A stretch of DNA of 64,000 bases. It comes from Octopus sinensis (Eukaryota). Each line of letters opens with the position of its first letter. Position 1 is the stretch's first letter. Of the stretch, positions 40,891 to 54,362 are shown piece after piece. The position numbers and the translations under genes were made by a program. Location of the stretch: the NCBI RefSeq assembly GCF_006345805.1, contig NC_043003.1:111228001-111292000 (forward strand). Reading direction: 5' to 3'. The notes beneath the pieces were generated by a model that saw only the letters and a list, made by a program, of their open reading frames with translations, did not search any database and was not told the DNA's origin.

Positions 40891-41449
40891 TATATATATA
40901 TATATGCATACATATATGTATGCATGTTTGTATGTATGTATGTATATATGTATGTATGTATGCATGTGTGTGTGTGTGTATGTTTGAATGTACCTATATC
41001 TATAGCTATCTAGCTATCAATCTATCAATATATCTATCGTGAAAATATCACTATGAATAAAGACCACAAATAAATGATATTGTGTGTGTGTGGATCAATT
41101 ATTTAAATAGTGGTTCCAACATGTTACATATCCTTTTGATCATGAAAACATCACAAGACTAAATAATTGGCGTTTCTTAAAGTGGCAGAACAAAATGTTA
41201 TATTAACGCAACTAATGGTGATAGGGTTAGTAATGATAATATAAAATAGTGTTAGGAAATCTAGTTTAAAATAACGGATAAAATATTTCGTTGTTAGGGA
41301 AGAAGTATATTAAACAATATATAATATTAATGGCAAGAGAGGTGGTGGGCATACGTTCATATCGCCATCTTTGCTATTATCAATAAACAAGTTCACAACC
41401 TCTTACACGTATTCCAAAATACGCATTTCTCTGCACGTTTTTTTTTATG

Positions 41450-41725
41450 AAGGACATGATCTTAAACACCAGCATCATCACTACGGTTACCATGACTATT
41501 ATAGAATTCTTTATTGCCACTGTTATTAACACAATGAGTATGATATTCACCATCTTCTCACTTGTCATTTTTCACACAGCCACAATCAACGCCGTGATCA
41601 AAATCATCATCGTTATCATCATCAGCTTCATCACAACCACGACCAACAACAACAACAACACTTCCAACTTCAGCAACAGCACCATCATCATTATTAACAC
41701 TACCGTCACCACACCCATTCCAACG
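41450..41725. repeat. Degenerate (CAT/CAC/AAC)n trinucleotide region
   Basis: Read directly. It explains the poly-I/T/N ORFs. Confidence 0.8.
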
Positions 41726-42188
41726 CACCTATAGTCGTTCACTTTCATTAGTATCATCACATCTCATTCCACTATAGTCTTATTCTTTCTACCTATTGAT
41801 CTATCCACCCTAGTTTTTATCACACACTTTTACTATTCCATTGCCTTCGCTTTTTCAAGTGCTCTTTTCATACGGCATCACTTTATACACATTCAACGCT
41901 AGCACAATTTCCTTTGCAAATAGTTGTATTCAAGGACAAAGGAGATGTATTGTTAGACGGGCCCAGATATTTCGAAGGAAATGGAAGGCCGTCTTTTGTG
42001 ACGAACAATTAGCAATAAAAGAAATACACGCAGAGGTACTCACAAATATTAGGTGATAAGTACTCATGAGTACACACTCAGGCACGAGCACGCACACATA
42101 TATGAATACACACACAGACACACACGCACGCATACACACATGAACACACACGTGTATAATTATCAGTGTGTTGCGTATTTGAAACCAG

Positions 42189-42284
42189 CTGATAAAAGTC
42201 TTCTTTGTGATCCCCCAGAAAAAGTGTTAGCACAATTACAAGAAGTGAAGGCATTATTGCAATATGTGCAGATCACAATGCGTT
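42189..42284 (+). CDS. Candidate symmetric exon (phase 1 to 1; DKSLLCDPPEKVLAQLQEVKALLQYVQITMR)
   Basis: Acceptor gtatttgaaaccag, canonical donor CGTT|gtaagt, 96 nt. Only one frame is open. Confidence 0.4.
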
Positions 42285-45200
42285 GTAAGTTATTAAGTTT
42301 CTAAAATGTGCTAACTCTACTGTAGAAGACGTTGGAATGGAACTGAAGGCCTCTTGTAGGAGTGTTTGGATTGTCTTAAAAAGGAAAAACATGCTAAACG
42401 TCCGTAAGCTATAATGACACCGCAATTCTTCATACAGTTTCACTTTTGATTCATAGGTAAGTCAATCACCAAAGAATTCCAGGTTTCGGAATAGACTATG
42501 AGAACTGTGGTGCATGAGGACATTTGGTACATGGCCTGAGGAGAGTCCTCTCCTTATGGTAAAAGACACAAGGAAACCGTTTGTGTCGTGACAAGCGGTT
42601 ACTTAACAAAGTTAAAAAAACCGCACGAACACGCGATGCTATAGTTCATATCTGATAAGGAAATTTTGGACCAACTGGAAAGATAAGATAATATTACTGA
42701 TGGTTATATGCAGATCGTTCTGATATTCCCACAGTTTTAGTGGTAGTGAGTAATGAAGGTCATGTTGCATCATATCTTTCTGCAAAGTCTTAGAAGTAAT
42801 GTTTCTCTATACATATAGATGCTGCAGACAATTGTTAATCCCTGGATGGGTGGAGTCCTCACTGAAGGCCATATGTATTTCACCAAGACTCAGTAGCTTC
42901 TCACTATTACCCTACAACAGTAGAATGGATCTCTGATAATCCTATCCATCATATAACTGCAAATATGAGGTATCCAAACTCCTCATATTTAATGCCACGG
43001 ATGAATTTTAGTGTCACTGAAAGGAAAACTAATTAGAATTCTTTCAACTGTCGTTCGTTAAAAAGCTAAAACCGGATTCATAAAATAAAGATTATCGATG
43101 AAATATGAAGCAATTTTAAAAAATTAAAATACATGTATTTCCCGCTTGATTATAATTGATTAAAGACGGGCAAAATACCGCTGAACGATTTGTGTTACTG
43201 ATTCTGCCAGTTCACTGCCTTAAGTTGACATGGTATATTAGTAATAATTTAATTCGTTCGACCGATCTTATATATGAGTAAAATAATAATACGTATTAAT
43301 GTATGGTGAGACGAATTTTCCCGACCGAAATATTATGACAAATGTATTAATTAGCAGCAAAGAAAAGTTACATAAGTCTACCTATTTGCCGTTGAAATTC
43401 AATTTCATAACTGTAATCAGTTAATTAGTTTACTTTAAATTGTATTGATGTATCGGAAACATTCTCAGAATTGGATTAATATGTATAGACTAATAGTCCA
43501 TGAAGAGTGTAAAACGTATAGTACTGTTCTATATTAATTTGTTCATATAATATTATAGCGTTTAAAGTGAGACGTATGGAAATGCGTAGCGCATCGCTTA
43601 TACTCTTACGTTAGTCACCAAAGCAAATTATTCCGACGCTGTACTTGGCGATTTTCGGCGCAGTTTCTATATTACAAACATTATTGAAAAAATAATATCG
43701 GCCCGAATGTATACTACGAGACATTTGCCTGGTGCATGTCAAATGGCATCGAACTAGGGAAAACATAGATGCTGAGGAAACTTCCCAACTTCACAGACAT
43801 ATGGAGTGGATCCGTAATACTTCAAGCTGGTTATAAAATATGTAGTTGTCATTCACGAAATAATAATCCCCGAGAGAGCGAATAAAGTATAAGTACACAT
43901 TTCATGAAATTTTATCACCTCTAAATTTTGAAGGTTAAAATGATTTTGATATTGAAGCAAAAACGTTATATTTGAAATGTTGATGATTTTAAACACTTTC
44001 TGACAATAGGAAAGGGGTAAAAGAGATAAAACAAGAACAATGTTCAACAGAAAATTATAACTGAGTGGATTTAATTCTATATTGCAAATAAGCATTTCAT
44101 GAATTCCAGATTTATAAAAAATGCCTTCGTAACAACATCTTCATTATGTGTGCGTATGTGTGTTCCAAATTTGAAACTTCTTATTACATACAAAACTTAA
44201 AATACATGATCATATAATTTATTATACTAGTGCATCTCATAAACTTTGATAGACAATATTACAAATATTAAATTTTTCTGGAAAATAGACTTTTCAGTTC
44301 GCATATATTTGTTTTCGATATCTTTAATATTTTCAAGAACGCATTTTAAAACAACAATACACCCGACGAAGGATTACATCGGGAACGTTGGATATTCCAC
44401 TCCTGAAGGCATGTTCACTGTAACCCTTCCACTTTTTTCTCTATTTCTTAAAGTCCTGCCTACGCAGAGGTTCCTTGAAGTTTGCCCGATTGTTTCCAAA
44501 CACTGATTGTATTCAAACACTAAATTCTGGGAATTGCCTTTCTCACTAAACTACACGTAGTTGCACCACATTTTAAGTCTTTTCTTCTTGTTTTTCTCCT
44601 TTGACTGCTACCATATTGCTTTTCGATATTCCAATTTCAAGCAACCTGCTATTGCAGCCATTTTAACTTTATTGCACTCTGTCTGCACCTTAACGTCATA
44701 CAACGGGATCTCCAACTGACATTTCATCCTAACTTCAGACAGCACAGCTCTACTTAATATACTCTGAACGTCACCAAAATTCTCATCAGTACTTCCAAAC
44801 AACTTATGAGAGCAACCACCCGCACCCTATGCGCCCAGCACGACGACCACGTCACCCGATAAATCACCCACTATCGCTCACTTATCGCTCTTTGCTTGAC
44901 CACACAACTTCAGGCAATACTCCTTAAGCCACTCCATCTCAGTAGCAAAATGTACGACTTCCTTGTTGCACAAAAGACACGCAAAATTCACTCACTCAGC
45001 CCCCACCATTTTCCTTTTCATCCTTTTGCTTCCTCTTAATTCTCTTTTACCCTTATTAATCCTCCTTCCACCCTGCCTCTGCGAGACACCTATATTTGCT
45101 TACCTCCACTCAATCTATCACTCTTTTCCTTCCTGCGATAATCTTTCGTATTCTACATCCCACTTCCAATGAGATAACATTTCTAAGCATTTGAATGTAA

Positions 45201-46382
45201 ATTAAAAATAACATGCTAGATGCTTTATTATTATTAATATTATTATTATTATGATGATTTTTCCTTCTTTCTTCAAATTTTCGTCCGTTTCTCGCCGAGT
45301 GTTTTCCATACACCTAGGGCAGAGAAGGGCATTTTATGCATTCCCAGATTACACGCGCAAATTCAGAGATAAAATATGTATTTAAAAATAAATAAATAAA
45401 TAAATAAATTCATGGATGTATGTTATTTTCACAGCGATAGTGCTCTTCTTAGAACATGAGCCGTTCCAGTTAATACGATTTTTTGCACTTCTTGTAGGGA
45501 TGGTAAGCCTGGAATCATTTTCAAATAGGTTTCAGTACCTTTATCATTATCATTATTATTATTATTTTGAAATATATGCTTATATATTTAAAATTATCAA
45601 CGCCGCAACATTAAAAAATTTATTCCAAAACATTTTTGTCCCTGTATATCCTATATACCCTGTGCTCGCACGTTCAGGCATACACACACATGCGATCTCA
45701 CAGATACATACATCCGCACACAATACTTCAGAAAACATTGAAAAGCACCTTTCATTTATGCCATTATGTTATTGTTCTGACGAAATGTTCATACGAAAGT
45801 TATTAAAGGATGAGCATAACTCCATAACAACGCGTCAACATGGCTATAAAGTCACTGAAATCAACCTTTATCACAATCCTTCTCATCACATTGAAACTCA
45901 CATTAATTGCTGGAGCGTAATTTAAAGGTATGCCTCTTTAACCTGTTTTCAGATATTTTCATTAGGTTTATTTTCTCCATTGAATTGCTTCCTAACTTTA
46001 GATTGTTTTTCAATTCTTTGTGTTTGTTTCCACATTTTAGGCAAATGTCACCATCATTGTTTATGAAAACAATTAGTTCAGAGACAAATTGCATCTAAAA
46101 TTTAATTAATGTCGGACAGTTTACAGCATGGCGAAGTGAACCAAGATCAAACAAACTAAAGAGGGTTTGGAAATATATTTTCTAGCTGACGGCTTAATAC
46201 TATCTCGACCAGCAGAGAAGCTACTGATATGTTTGATTGACCAAGGGAAAGTGTTTATATACTAGTCACGGACTTTCCTTAAAATTACATCTCTCAACAC
46301 CAGGGCTACATATCATATATAAACGGATATATATATATACATATATGTATATATATATATATATATATATAATATACATTTA

Positions 46383-46598
46383 TTTACTACCCACAAGGGG
46401 CTAAACATAGAGGGGACAAACAAGGACAGACAAAGGGATTAAGTCGATTACATCGACCCCAGTGCGAAACTGGTACTTTATTTATCGACCCCGAAAGGAT
46501 GAAAGGCAAAGTCGATCTCGGCGGAATTCGAACTCAGAACGTAACGACAGACGAAATACCGCTAAGCATTTCGCCCTGCGCGCTAACGTTTCTGTCAG
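46383..46598 (-). mobile_element. Family-B SINE, young copy
   Basis: Reverse complement of 40662-40890. Confidence 0.92.
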
Positions 46599-46659
46599 AT
46601 ATATATATATATATATATACGTGGTTTTATCTCGAATTTAATTTATATTTAAACATTAT

Positions 46660-46702
<43 letters not shown>

Positions 46703-47283
46703 AAAGGTAAAAGGAAATTGAAGAACGCTCCTAACAATGGAGAAAGTTTTACAAAAACCTGTATATTTCAGGCGCAAAGGACTCTCAGAAAGATGCAGGC
46801 CAAAAGATATGTAGTCACATTAAAATGTCTGCAATTAAGAAGGCCAGGTTCATCAGATTCTGTATCACGCTCGATTTCTTTGAATATTACTTTAAGACTT
46901 TCTTAGTGTGCTCTTCTTTTACCTTGAAATCCTCGCAAGCATTTATTTGGTTTACAGATCGTCGATGGCTGATATAAAGATATTTTGAGTTTCTGTGGAC
47001 TGTAGCTTTCCCACATTAAGCTTCCTGTATGCTATGGCTTTCGCGTGGACGTACAGCGCGTCCTATGCCTCACATGACTTATCACCCGTCTTATGACCTG
47101 TAGACCAGGCTTTCTGGTGATCGTAATGTCAATCATATGCCAGTGCTTGGAACCTGGGTGCATTCATATATATCTGTACTTGCTTTTTATACATTTATGC
47201 TCATACATACACATATAAGCAAACATATACAAACATATATAGGTATACACGCATAAATATAAGATAAATATTTATATATATAT

Positions 47284-47347
47284 ACACTTGAAGATTCATA
47301 TATACTAGAATATATATATATATATATACATTTGAAGATTCATATAT

Positions 47348-47394
<47 letters not shown>

Positions 47395-47415
47395 TACATT
47401 TGAAGATTCATATAT

Positions 47416-47471
<56 letters not shown>

Positions 47472-47493
47472 TTGAAGATTCATATATACTATA

Positions 47494-47495
<2 letters not shown>
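47284..47495. repeat. Composite minisatellite: four copies of ca(c/t)ttgaagattcatatatacta(g/t)aat plus variable (AT)n
   Basis: Units read at about 47284, 47328, 47396 and 47468. Confidence 0.9.
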
Positions 47496-47527
<32 letters not shown>

Positions 47528-50429
47528 ATATATGAATATTCATGTGAATGTATTTGTATGTGCATGTGTGTGTGTGTGTGTGTGTGTTTGTGTGTGCATT
47601 TGGGTCACAGGTTGCCATCCTGACTTTCAAGTATTTGCCGAAAGATGATTCTTTTGATTTATTCATAAGAACGATTGTAAACCTTGATGGTTATCTGGCT
47701 TTCTTATACTGAAATAAGTGAATATTGAAATTGACTAATTCATTGTGCACTATATTTAATGTTACAACTTCGAAGTGACATTTTTCAGTTTATAGTGGGA
47801 GAAATGATATTCCCTCATTTTATACTCGCTTTGAATTTTGTTGAGATTAAAATAAACCTACCACGTTTAATTTTAGCTACTTTAGATTGACATTTCTGGT
47901 TTCACGTAATTTATATCGTGGCAAATTCTATTATGGCTAGTGGTATTTCATTGATTTAAGACTGACAGAATATAAGGTAAAAATACATTCCTGTTACTTA
48001 TACACCCATATTTATGTTAATTTGACTATTGTTATGTGACATTTGGTACAATGTTGTTTTAGTAGATGAATCTTTATCTAGTCTAGATATTGTAAGTTTT
48101 ATTATATCGCATTGTCTTTTATTCTCACTGCAAACAATGAAACACATTCTAATCTTTTAATTGGTATTGGTTCTATGTATGCGTAGTCATACAATAAAAG
48201 GAATTTCACCAGCATCTTTCCCAAATGTTTAATATGATGGTTTCTAAACTGTTACAATAATTTCTGTTAATATTAAAACCATATCAATTGATAAATATTT
48301 ATTAGACATATCATCACTGCGTTTTTTTTTTAATTTACAATAATTAGAAGTAGCAGTATTGTTAGCAAGTTTGGAGTAACCGAATTAAAACTGTTTCCTC
48401 CTTACAAATATTAAAAAAAAATGGAGTGGTACGAATTCTAGTGAGGGGAGTATATTATTATCATCATCATCATCATCCTCATCATCATCAATATCATTTG
48501 TAACTGAATTTATCGTCAACATATGCAAAACATGTTGATTTGAACTACTGGTATACATATTTTTACAGGTAGATTTGAACTATAAAGAACTATATATATT
48601 TTACTATATGATGACAGTCTTGTAATAACATGGGGCGTAGTAAAACCATAAAGAAAAACATAGACTCCATGTTCGATTGATTCAGAAAAAGTCATCATAA
48701 GTGCCATTATTTAACTGTGTATTTGAATGGAATATTTGTTGACTGATATGTTGTAAACTAAGAACTCTAGAAGATATGCCATTCTATCTCATCGGAATAC
48801 TTCATGTTTCTATACAAAATGTTGTGACAAGTACACGAATTTCGTAATTTTATATATTATGTTTCAATAAAATACAACTTCCGTTAGAAATCACTTATTT
48901 GCTTGAGATTTAAGAATGTAAGTTGGATTACATTAACTGTATAATACGACACTACCATGGATATAATCACTAAGTGAAAGATAGGGTACTAGGTCTCAGT
49001 ATCATTCTGATATCAAAATCTTTCTATGTACGAATTTTGACGCGAAGAGTATGCTCGTAGCAAATTGTTTCCTTTGCTAATCAACAATCTCTGAAGGCTT
49101 GTCGCTCATAACATTCATTTTGTTTCAATCTCTGTTACACTTTCTTTTTGGTCTCTTTATGTGTGTGTGTGTTTTCCGGAATATTTTGTTTTTGATATTT
49201 AAAAGAATTCGGGCGTTCGTACATTCTAGTTATTGGAAAACAGAAGGTACATAAAAGATGTTTTAGTATTTACAGAATATTAATGTATCAAAGTACGAAC
49301 ATAATATTGTACCCTTTTATTTGCTTTGAAAAATTTAGATATTCGCTTCTCCTTTTAAATATGAAACCGCAACGGAAATCACATGCATTTGATCTCTGAG
49401 AATTCATTTGAAATCAGTAGTATTATGATTTTATTTGTCTCAAGGATACTACGAACGAAGAGTTCTAAAAATTATATTAAATAGCAAATAAGGAACAACG
49501 AAAATATGTTAAATGTTGTATAAGAAATAAAAGTAGAATAATACGAAATGCATAGTTCTAGCGGTAAGAGTACTTGAAATTTGCTATTTCGACTGGCAAG
49601 AAGTGTAAGGGGAAAGCATGTAGAGTCTGAAGTTGTATGTGGTCTCAGCTTGTGTTTCTTAAAGCCATCACTGAATGTAAATCAAAAATGGATAGGTTGA
49701 AATTAAAAGATCCAATATTTTGCACAATATTTTGCTTTCTGTATGCGTGTGCATATTTCTTTATTTGTGTGTGTGTGCGTGTGCGTGTGTGTGAGTGCTT
49801 GCGTATATATAAGTATGTGTGTTTGTGTATGTGTGTGTGTGTTTGTGTATGAGCCCGTGTGCTACACTTGAAGAAACCGAAGAAGATTGATTAACTTAAA
49901 TGAGTACAGAAAATTTACACTTTCTGATATGGCATTCCAAACGGAATTATATCTTTTATACGAAAAAACAATCCTCGCATTTGAATATTTTGCATCCAAA
50001 TAGCTCTCCATCATTGGTAGTAGAATATGTTGCCTGATTAAGAAGTCTGAGCATATGCAGAACACTGATGGCTGATTGCTGCGTGAAATTAATGATTACC
50101 TGGTGTGATTTAAAAATTCGCCTGTCAAGTATAATAAAGAACAACGAGATTGCGGCAATAGAAATTAGTCTATAAAATGAGATAAAGTTCACCTTTTGCA
50201 GTTGATTAGAATATAAAATATAAATTTAAATGTCTGAGAAAATTAGATCATGCAAGTATTTGCAAAATTTTAATAATCCAGAAAAGTTTAAAATAATACA
50301 AGTAGCAGATACCAAACAACACATTTGTTGAAATCAGGATAATTTATATGTGCTAAATGGGGAATAATAGAGGGTCATAAATGTATGAATGACAAGAAAA
50401 ATGGAAACGTTACGTAATGAAATACTGAA

Positions 50430-50496
<67 letters not shown>

Positions 50497-50527
50497 AGAG
50501 AGAGAGAGAGAGAGAGAGAATATATAT

Positions 50528-50655
<128 letters not shown>

Positions 50656-50750
50656 CGAGAGAGAGAGAGAGAGAGCGAGAGAGATAGAGACACGCATGTA
50701 TATTCGTATATATGAGTGAGTGTGTAAACCGATATATATATATATGAAAA

Positions 50751-51035
50751 ATATCACGTGATCACGTGACCGACCGATCACGTTGCTACACATCGCTGGT
50801 CACAATGCGTTCGCATTGTTTTAGCCTTCGAATGACGCCACCCCGCTGGCTAAGCGAGCAGGCCAACAGAAGAAAGAGTGGGAGAAAGCGTGGTGAAAGA
50901 GTACAGCAGGGATCACCACCCACTGCCGTAGCATCGTGGTGCTTTTAGGTGTTTTCGCTCAATAAAGACTCACAACGCCCGGTCTGGGAATCGAAACCAC
51001 GATCCCACGACCTATACACTGGCCCATTGTGCCTC

Positions 51036-51036
<1 letters not shown>
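50751..51036 (-). mobile_element. Family-C SINE, variant tail C1
   Basis: Head and body shared with 51758-52138. It diverges after ...ctttcaccac..ctttctc.cactct and ends in tcacgtga repeats. Confidence 0.85.
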
Positions 51037-51071
<35 letters not shown>

Positions 51072-51757
51072 ATACATACAAAAGAAACACGTGCAAATGT
51101 ATATATATGTGTGTCTGTGTGTGTACATGTGTATCAATATTATAATCCTATTCCAATGCAAAATATTCGTCAATTCGCATTTTGTTTACATCGCTATAAT
51201 TTATAGCGTTGTGAAATGTGACAGAAAGTTCCCTACACTTATTAACTGTGTCGATATGTTTTGCTCAAAATATGGCGTTGACGCAGAATTGATGCAATCC
51301 AATAAGTGAAACGTGTAAAATGGATAAAGGATTATATTTTTTAACTCACTAAGGGTAAGATACAGAATACGGTAAAAACAATCGCCCTGATGCTCCTTTC
51401 ACATAAATATCATAAATCTAGTAGAAATAGGCGCTTTCTACTTATCAGAAGTATTCAAACAATTCTAAGTTAAAAGGCATTCCAGCCGGAAATCTTTTTT
51501 TTTTTCTTCTTAACAGAGATTACTTCAGTAAAAAATATAATTCCGTATTAATATGGCCGTATATGATTTGAGCGACATTTATCAGCTAAAGTTATCAACT
51601 ATAGTTTATTGCCTTGCTGACTTGGAATTCCTTTAAGTAAACATGGCGTGTCTTTGAAATATACTAATGTGCGATTTGAGGGGACTCTGGCATTTATCGC
51701 ATGGAGATATATATTTTTCGTGTATGTCTGCATATGTGTATGTGCGTGTATGTGGAT

Positions 51758-52138
51758 GGAAGCACTCCGTGGGTTACGATTATGAGGGTTCCGGTTGATC
51801 CGAATCAACGGAACAGCCTGCTTGTAAAATTAACGTGTAAGTGGCTGAGCACTCCACATACACGTGCACCCTTAACGTAGTTCTCGGGGATATTCAGCGT
51901 GACACAGAGAGTGACAAGGCCGGCCCCTTGAAATACAGGTACAACAGAAACAGGAAGTAAGAGTGAGAGAAAGTTGTGGTGAAAGAGAACAGCAGGGATC
52001 ACCACCATCCCCTGCCGGAGCCTCGTGGAGCTTTTAGATGTTTTCGCTCAATAAACACTCAGAACGCCCGGTCTGGGAATCGAAATCGCGATCCTATGAC
52101 CGCGAGTCCGCTGTCCTAACCACTGGGCCATTGCGCCA
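51758..52138 (-). mobile_element. Family-C tRNA-derived SINE, full length
   Basis: The - strand head ggcgcaatggcccagtggttaggacagcggactcgcggtcataggatcgcgatttcgattcccag has A and B boxes and a tRNA-like layout. Confidence 0.9.
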
Positions 52139-52879
52139 CCACGCGTGTATGTGTGCATATGTGTGTGTAGTCTATGTGTGTGTATGTGTCTGTGTGTTGT
52201 GTATGTTGTGATTGTAACGGATATATGTCATCTGACTTTATTATCGATTATATAAATTTAGTTTGCAGGGAAATGAAGATAAATATTTGAGGTGTGTCAT
52301 TAAAACACGTAGAAATATAGCTCGAAGAAAACGTCTTTTTGTTACTTACACTATTTTTAGCATCGCAATAAGTCTATATTATGGCAATAAAAGTCAACTC
52401 CCTGACAAATGGTATTCTCACGATTCTGTTTTAAACTAAGCCATAGATTCATAATATATTTTGAAAATATATGACTGAAAGTCCTGTGTGTTCTGTGATA
52501 GAACTGAATGCTTCAAACTCTGCTGTAAAAAGAGTATTTGTTACTGAACTATAAAACATACAAATCTAAGTTGGTTTCAATAAAAAAAAAATATTTAATC
52601 AGACCTTATAAAATAGGAAATCTTACATTCATACAGAAAATGAACTGAATGTAATATGTAAGGGATTTGTAGTCAAAGCTTAAGAGTATGCAGGGTAAAA
52701 CTCGTGTCAGCTATGTCTCTCCCATCCGGAAATCCGGATTGAGATTCAGGATAAAAGCTGTTTATTACGTGTTTATTGATGCGGTCAACAATCACCATCG
52801 GAAATAAATTCCAGTTATGTGCAGCAAACTTATGCTCCTGTGATTATCACATACATATTGATTTCTCTTGTTTTTGTTC

Positions 52880-53090
52880 AAGAGCCTTATAGATATATAT
52901 TTGAATTGCTGGGGAAAAGATCCAGATTTCCAGATCAAAAGATCAATATGCGCAGCATTCTCACAAGTGGTGTACCACCATATTCGTACACTTCTCTGGG
53001 AACACCACCTTGTCCAGGAGGTTTAACATTGCAAGGTATTTTAATAGCAGTATCTTCGGGAATTCCTCAATTGCAGTCCTCTGAAAGATT
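52880..53090 (-). pseudogene. Decayed RTE-type LINE RT N-terminal fragment
   Basis: Translates to EDTAIKIPCNVKPPGQGGVPREVYEYGGTPLVRMLRILI, matching the LINE motif AIKxLxxGKAPGxDGIPAEVYKxGGxxL. Confidence 0.7.
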
Positions 53091-54078
53091 TTGTTGATTA
53101 CCGCAGGATCAGTAGTGTGTTTTTTATGTAATACAGATTTAAATACTCAGCCCGTCTGTTCAGAATGTCTTCTTTGCTACTTAAGAGACATAAGGGTAAG
53201 TTTAAGCAATAACTAAAGACTCTACAACTAAACTTGACATCTTTGGAAAATCACTGCATTGATCGATCTGCATGGCGTAAAATGTTTCCGAGCTATAAAG
53301 CAATTATATCGTGCAATCAACAAGATTCACTTGCCTAATCCTAGGTAAAATTAAATTTACCATTCAGTGTGTCTTCATAGCAAAATCCACACCTAGACTC
53401 AAATTATATTTACGCATTCATCACAAATTTACGCAACTTCTTTTGTTCTCTAATTTAAAAAAGATGTTTCCTCTGTTCCTATGCTTTTAACGTTATATCC
53501 CCTCTCCAAACACTCATACGTCGGAATTAACGGGAACAACCACCTAAGCGAGTAAGACATCATTCCTACTGATCGGAGAGCTAGTCCTTCGCAGGGTTAG
53601 TCATCTACAGGCTGGAGGCGGGCGAAACAAAATGCTTTGCTCAAGTACACGGTGTGTATACATATGTGTGTGAGTGTCAGTATTTTTGAGCGTGTATACT
53701 TATATATTGTTCAGTCAACCGTGTCAGCCTTAACCTACGACGCCAAACATTGTCCCTTCATTCTAACACAGGGACAGAGCGGATAAAGTACAAAAATGTC
53801 TAATACCAGTAGTGTGACTATCTTCTAACAATCAAATCCTATTCAAAACGAATGCTAATTTGAACCATGAACTCCCTATAAAAACAGGGCAAATTTCAGA
53901 CACTAGTCAGAAGCAAGACTGCTGTGACATACAACACGCCTTTCTACCTGAGCTTTTTGAAAATTAGTGTAAAGCGTGAAACCGGTTAAAGATTCAAATA
54001 TTAAAAAAAGAAAATTAAATATTCTCAGTGCATTTTCAACTTCTATTTTTGTATGTATGTATCTCTCTCTCTCCCCCC

Positions 54079-54134
<56 letters not shown>

Positions 54135-54139
54135 TTGTT

Positions 54140-54285
54140 TCTCTCCTTGTTTTTTCTCTGTCCCTGTCTGTAGAAGAGCGTAGGCTCGAAACGTAAAAGC
54201 ATTTTTCTATTCCTGAGCGTTATACTAATACATCTGTTTGTTTTGTACACCACCTGTCTTCATCTTTTGTTTTTTCGTAAACTCT
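54140..54285 (+). mobile_element. Dispersed repeat family E copy with a variant HHR-like core
   Basis: ctgtagaa gagc gtag gctc gaaac gta aaag at 54168-54199. A third, more decayed copy lies at about 56220-56310 (- strand). Confidence 0.75.
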
Positions 54286-54299
54286 CTTCTCTCTCTCTC

Positions 54300-54362
<63 letters not shown>

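Noticed and set aside
44755-44795. CTGATGA on the - strand followed by a short stem
   Set aside because: No GAAA after stem II and no stem I or stem III, so not a hammerhead.
45776-45815. ctgacga...cgaaag HHR-like string
   Set aside because: Stem II has a 2-nt loop and stem I cannot form, so a chance match is likely.
47284-47495. CRISPR-like repeat/spacer array
   Set aside because: The spacers are just (AT)n, the context is eukaryotic, and no cas genes are present.
52060-52138. tRNA gene (also SINE heads at 40662 and 27950-28018)
   Set aside because: No closed acceptor stem, and each continues into a multi-copy body, so these are SINE heads.
52819-53097. 92-aa + strand ORF
   Set aside because: It is the antisense shadow of the - strand RTE RT fragment.
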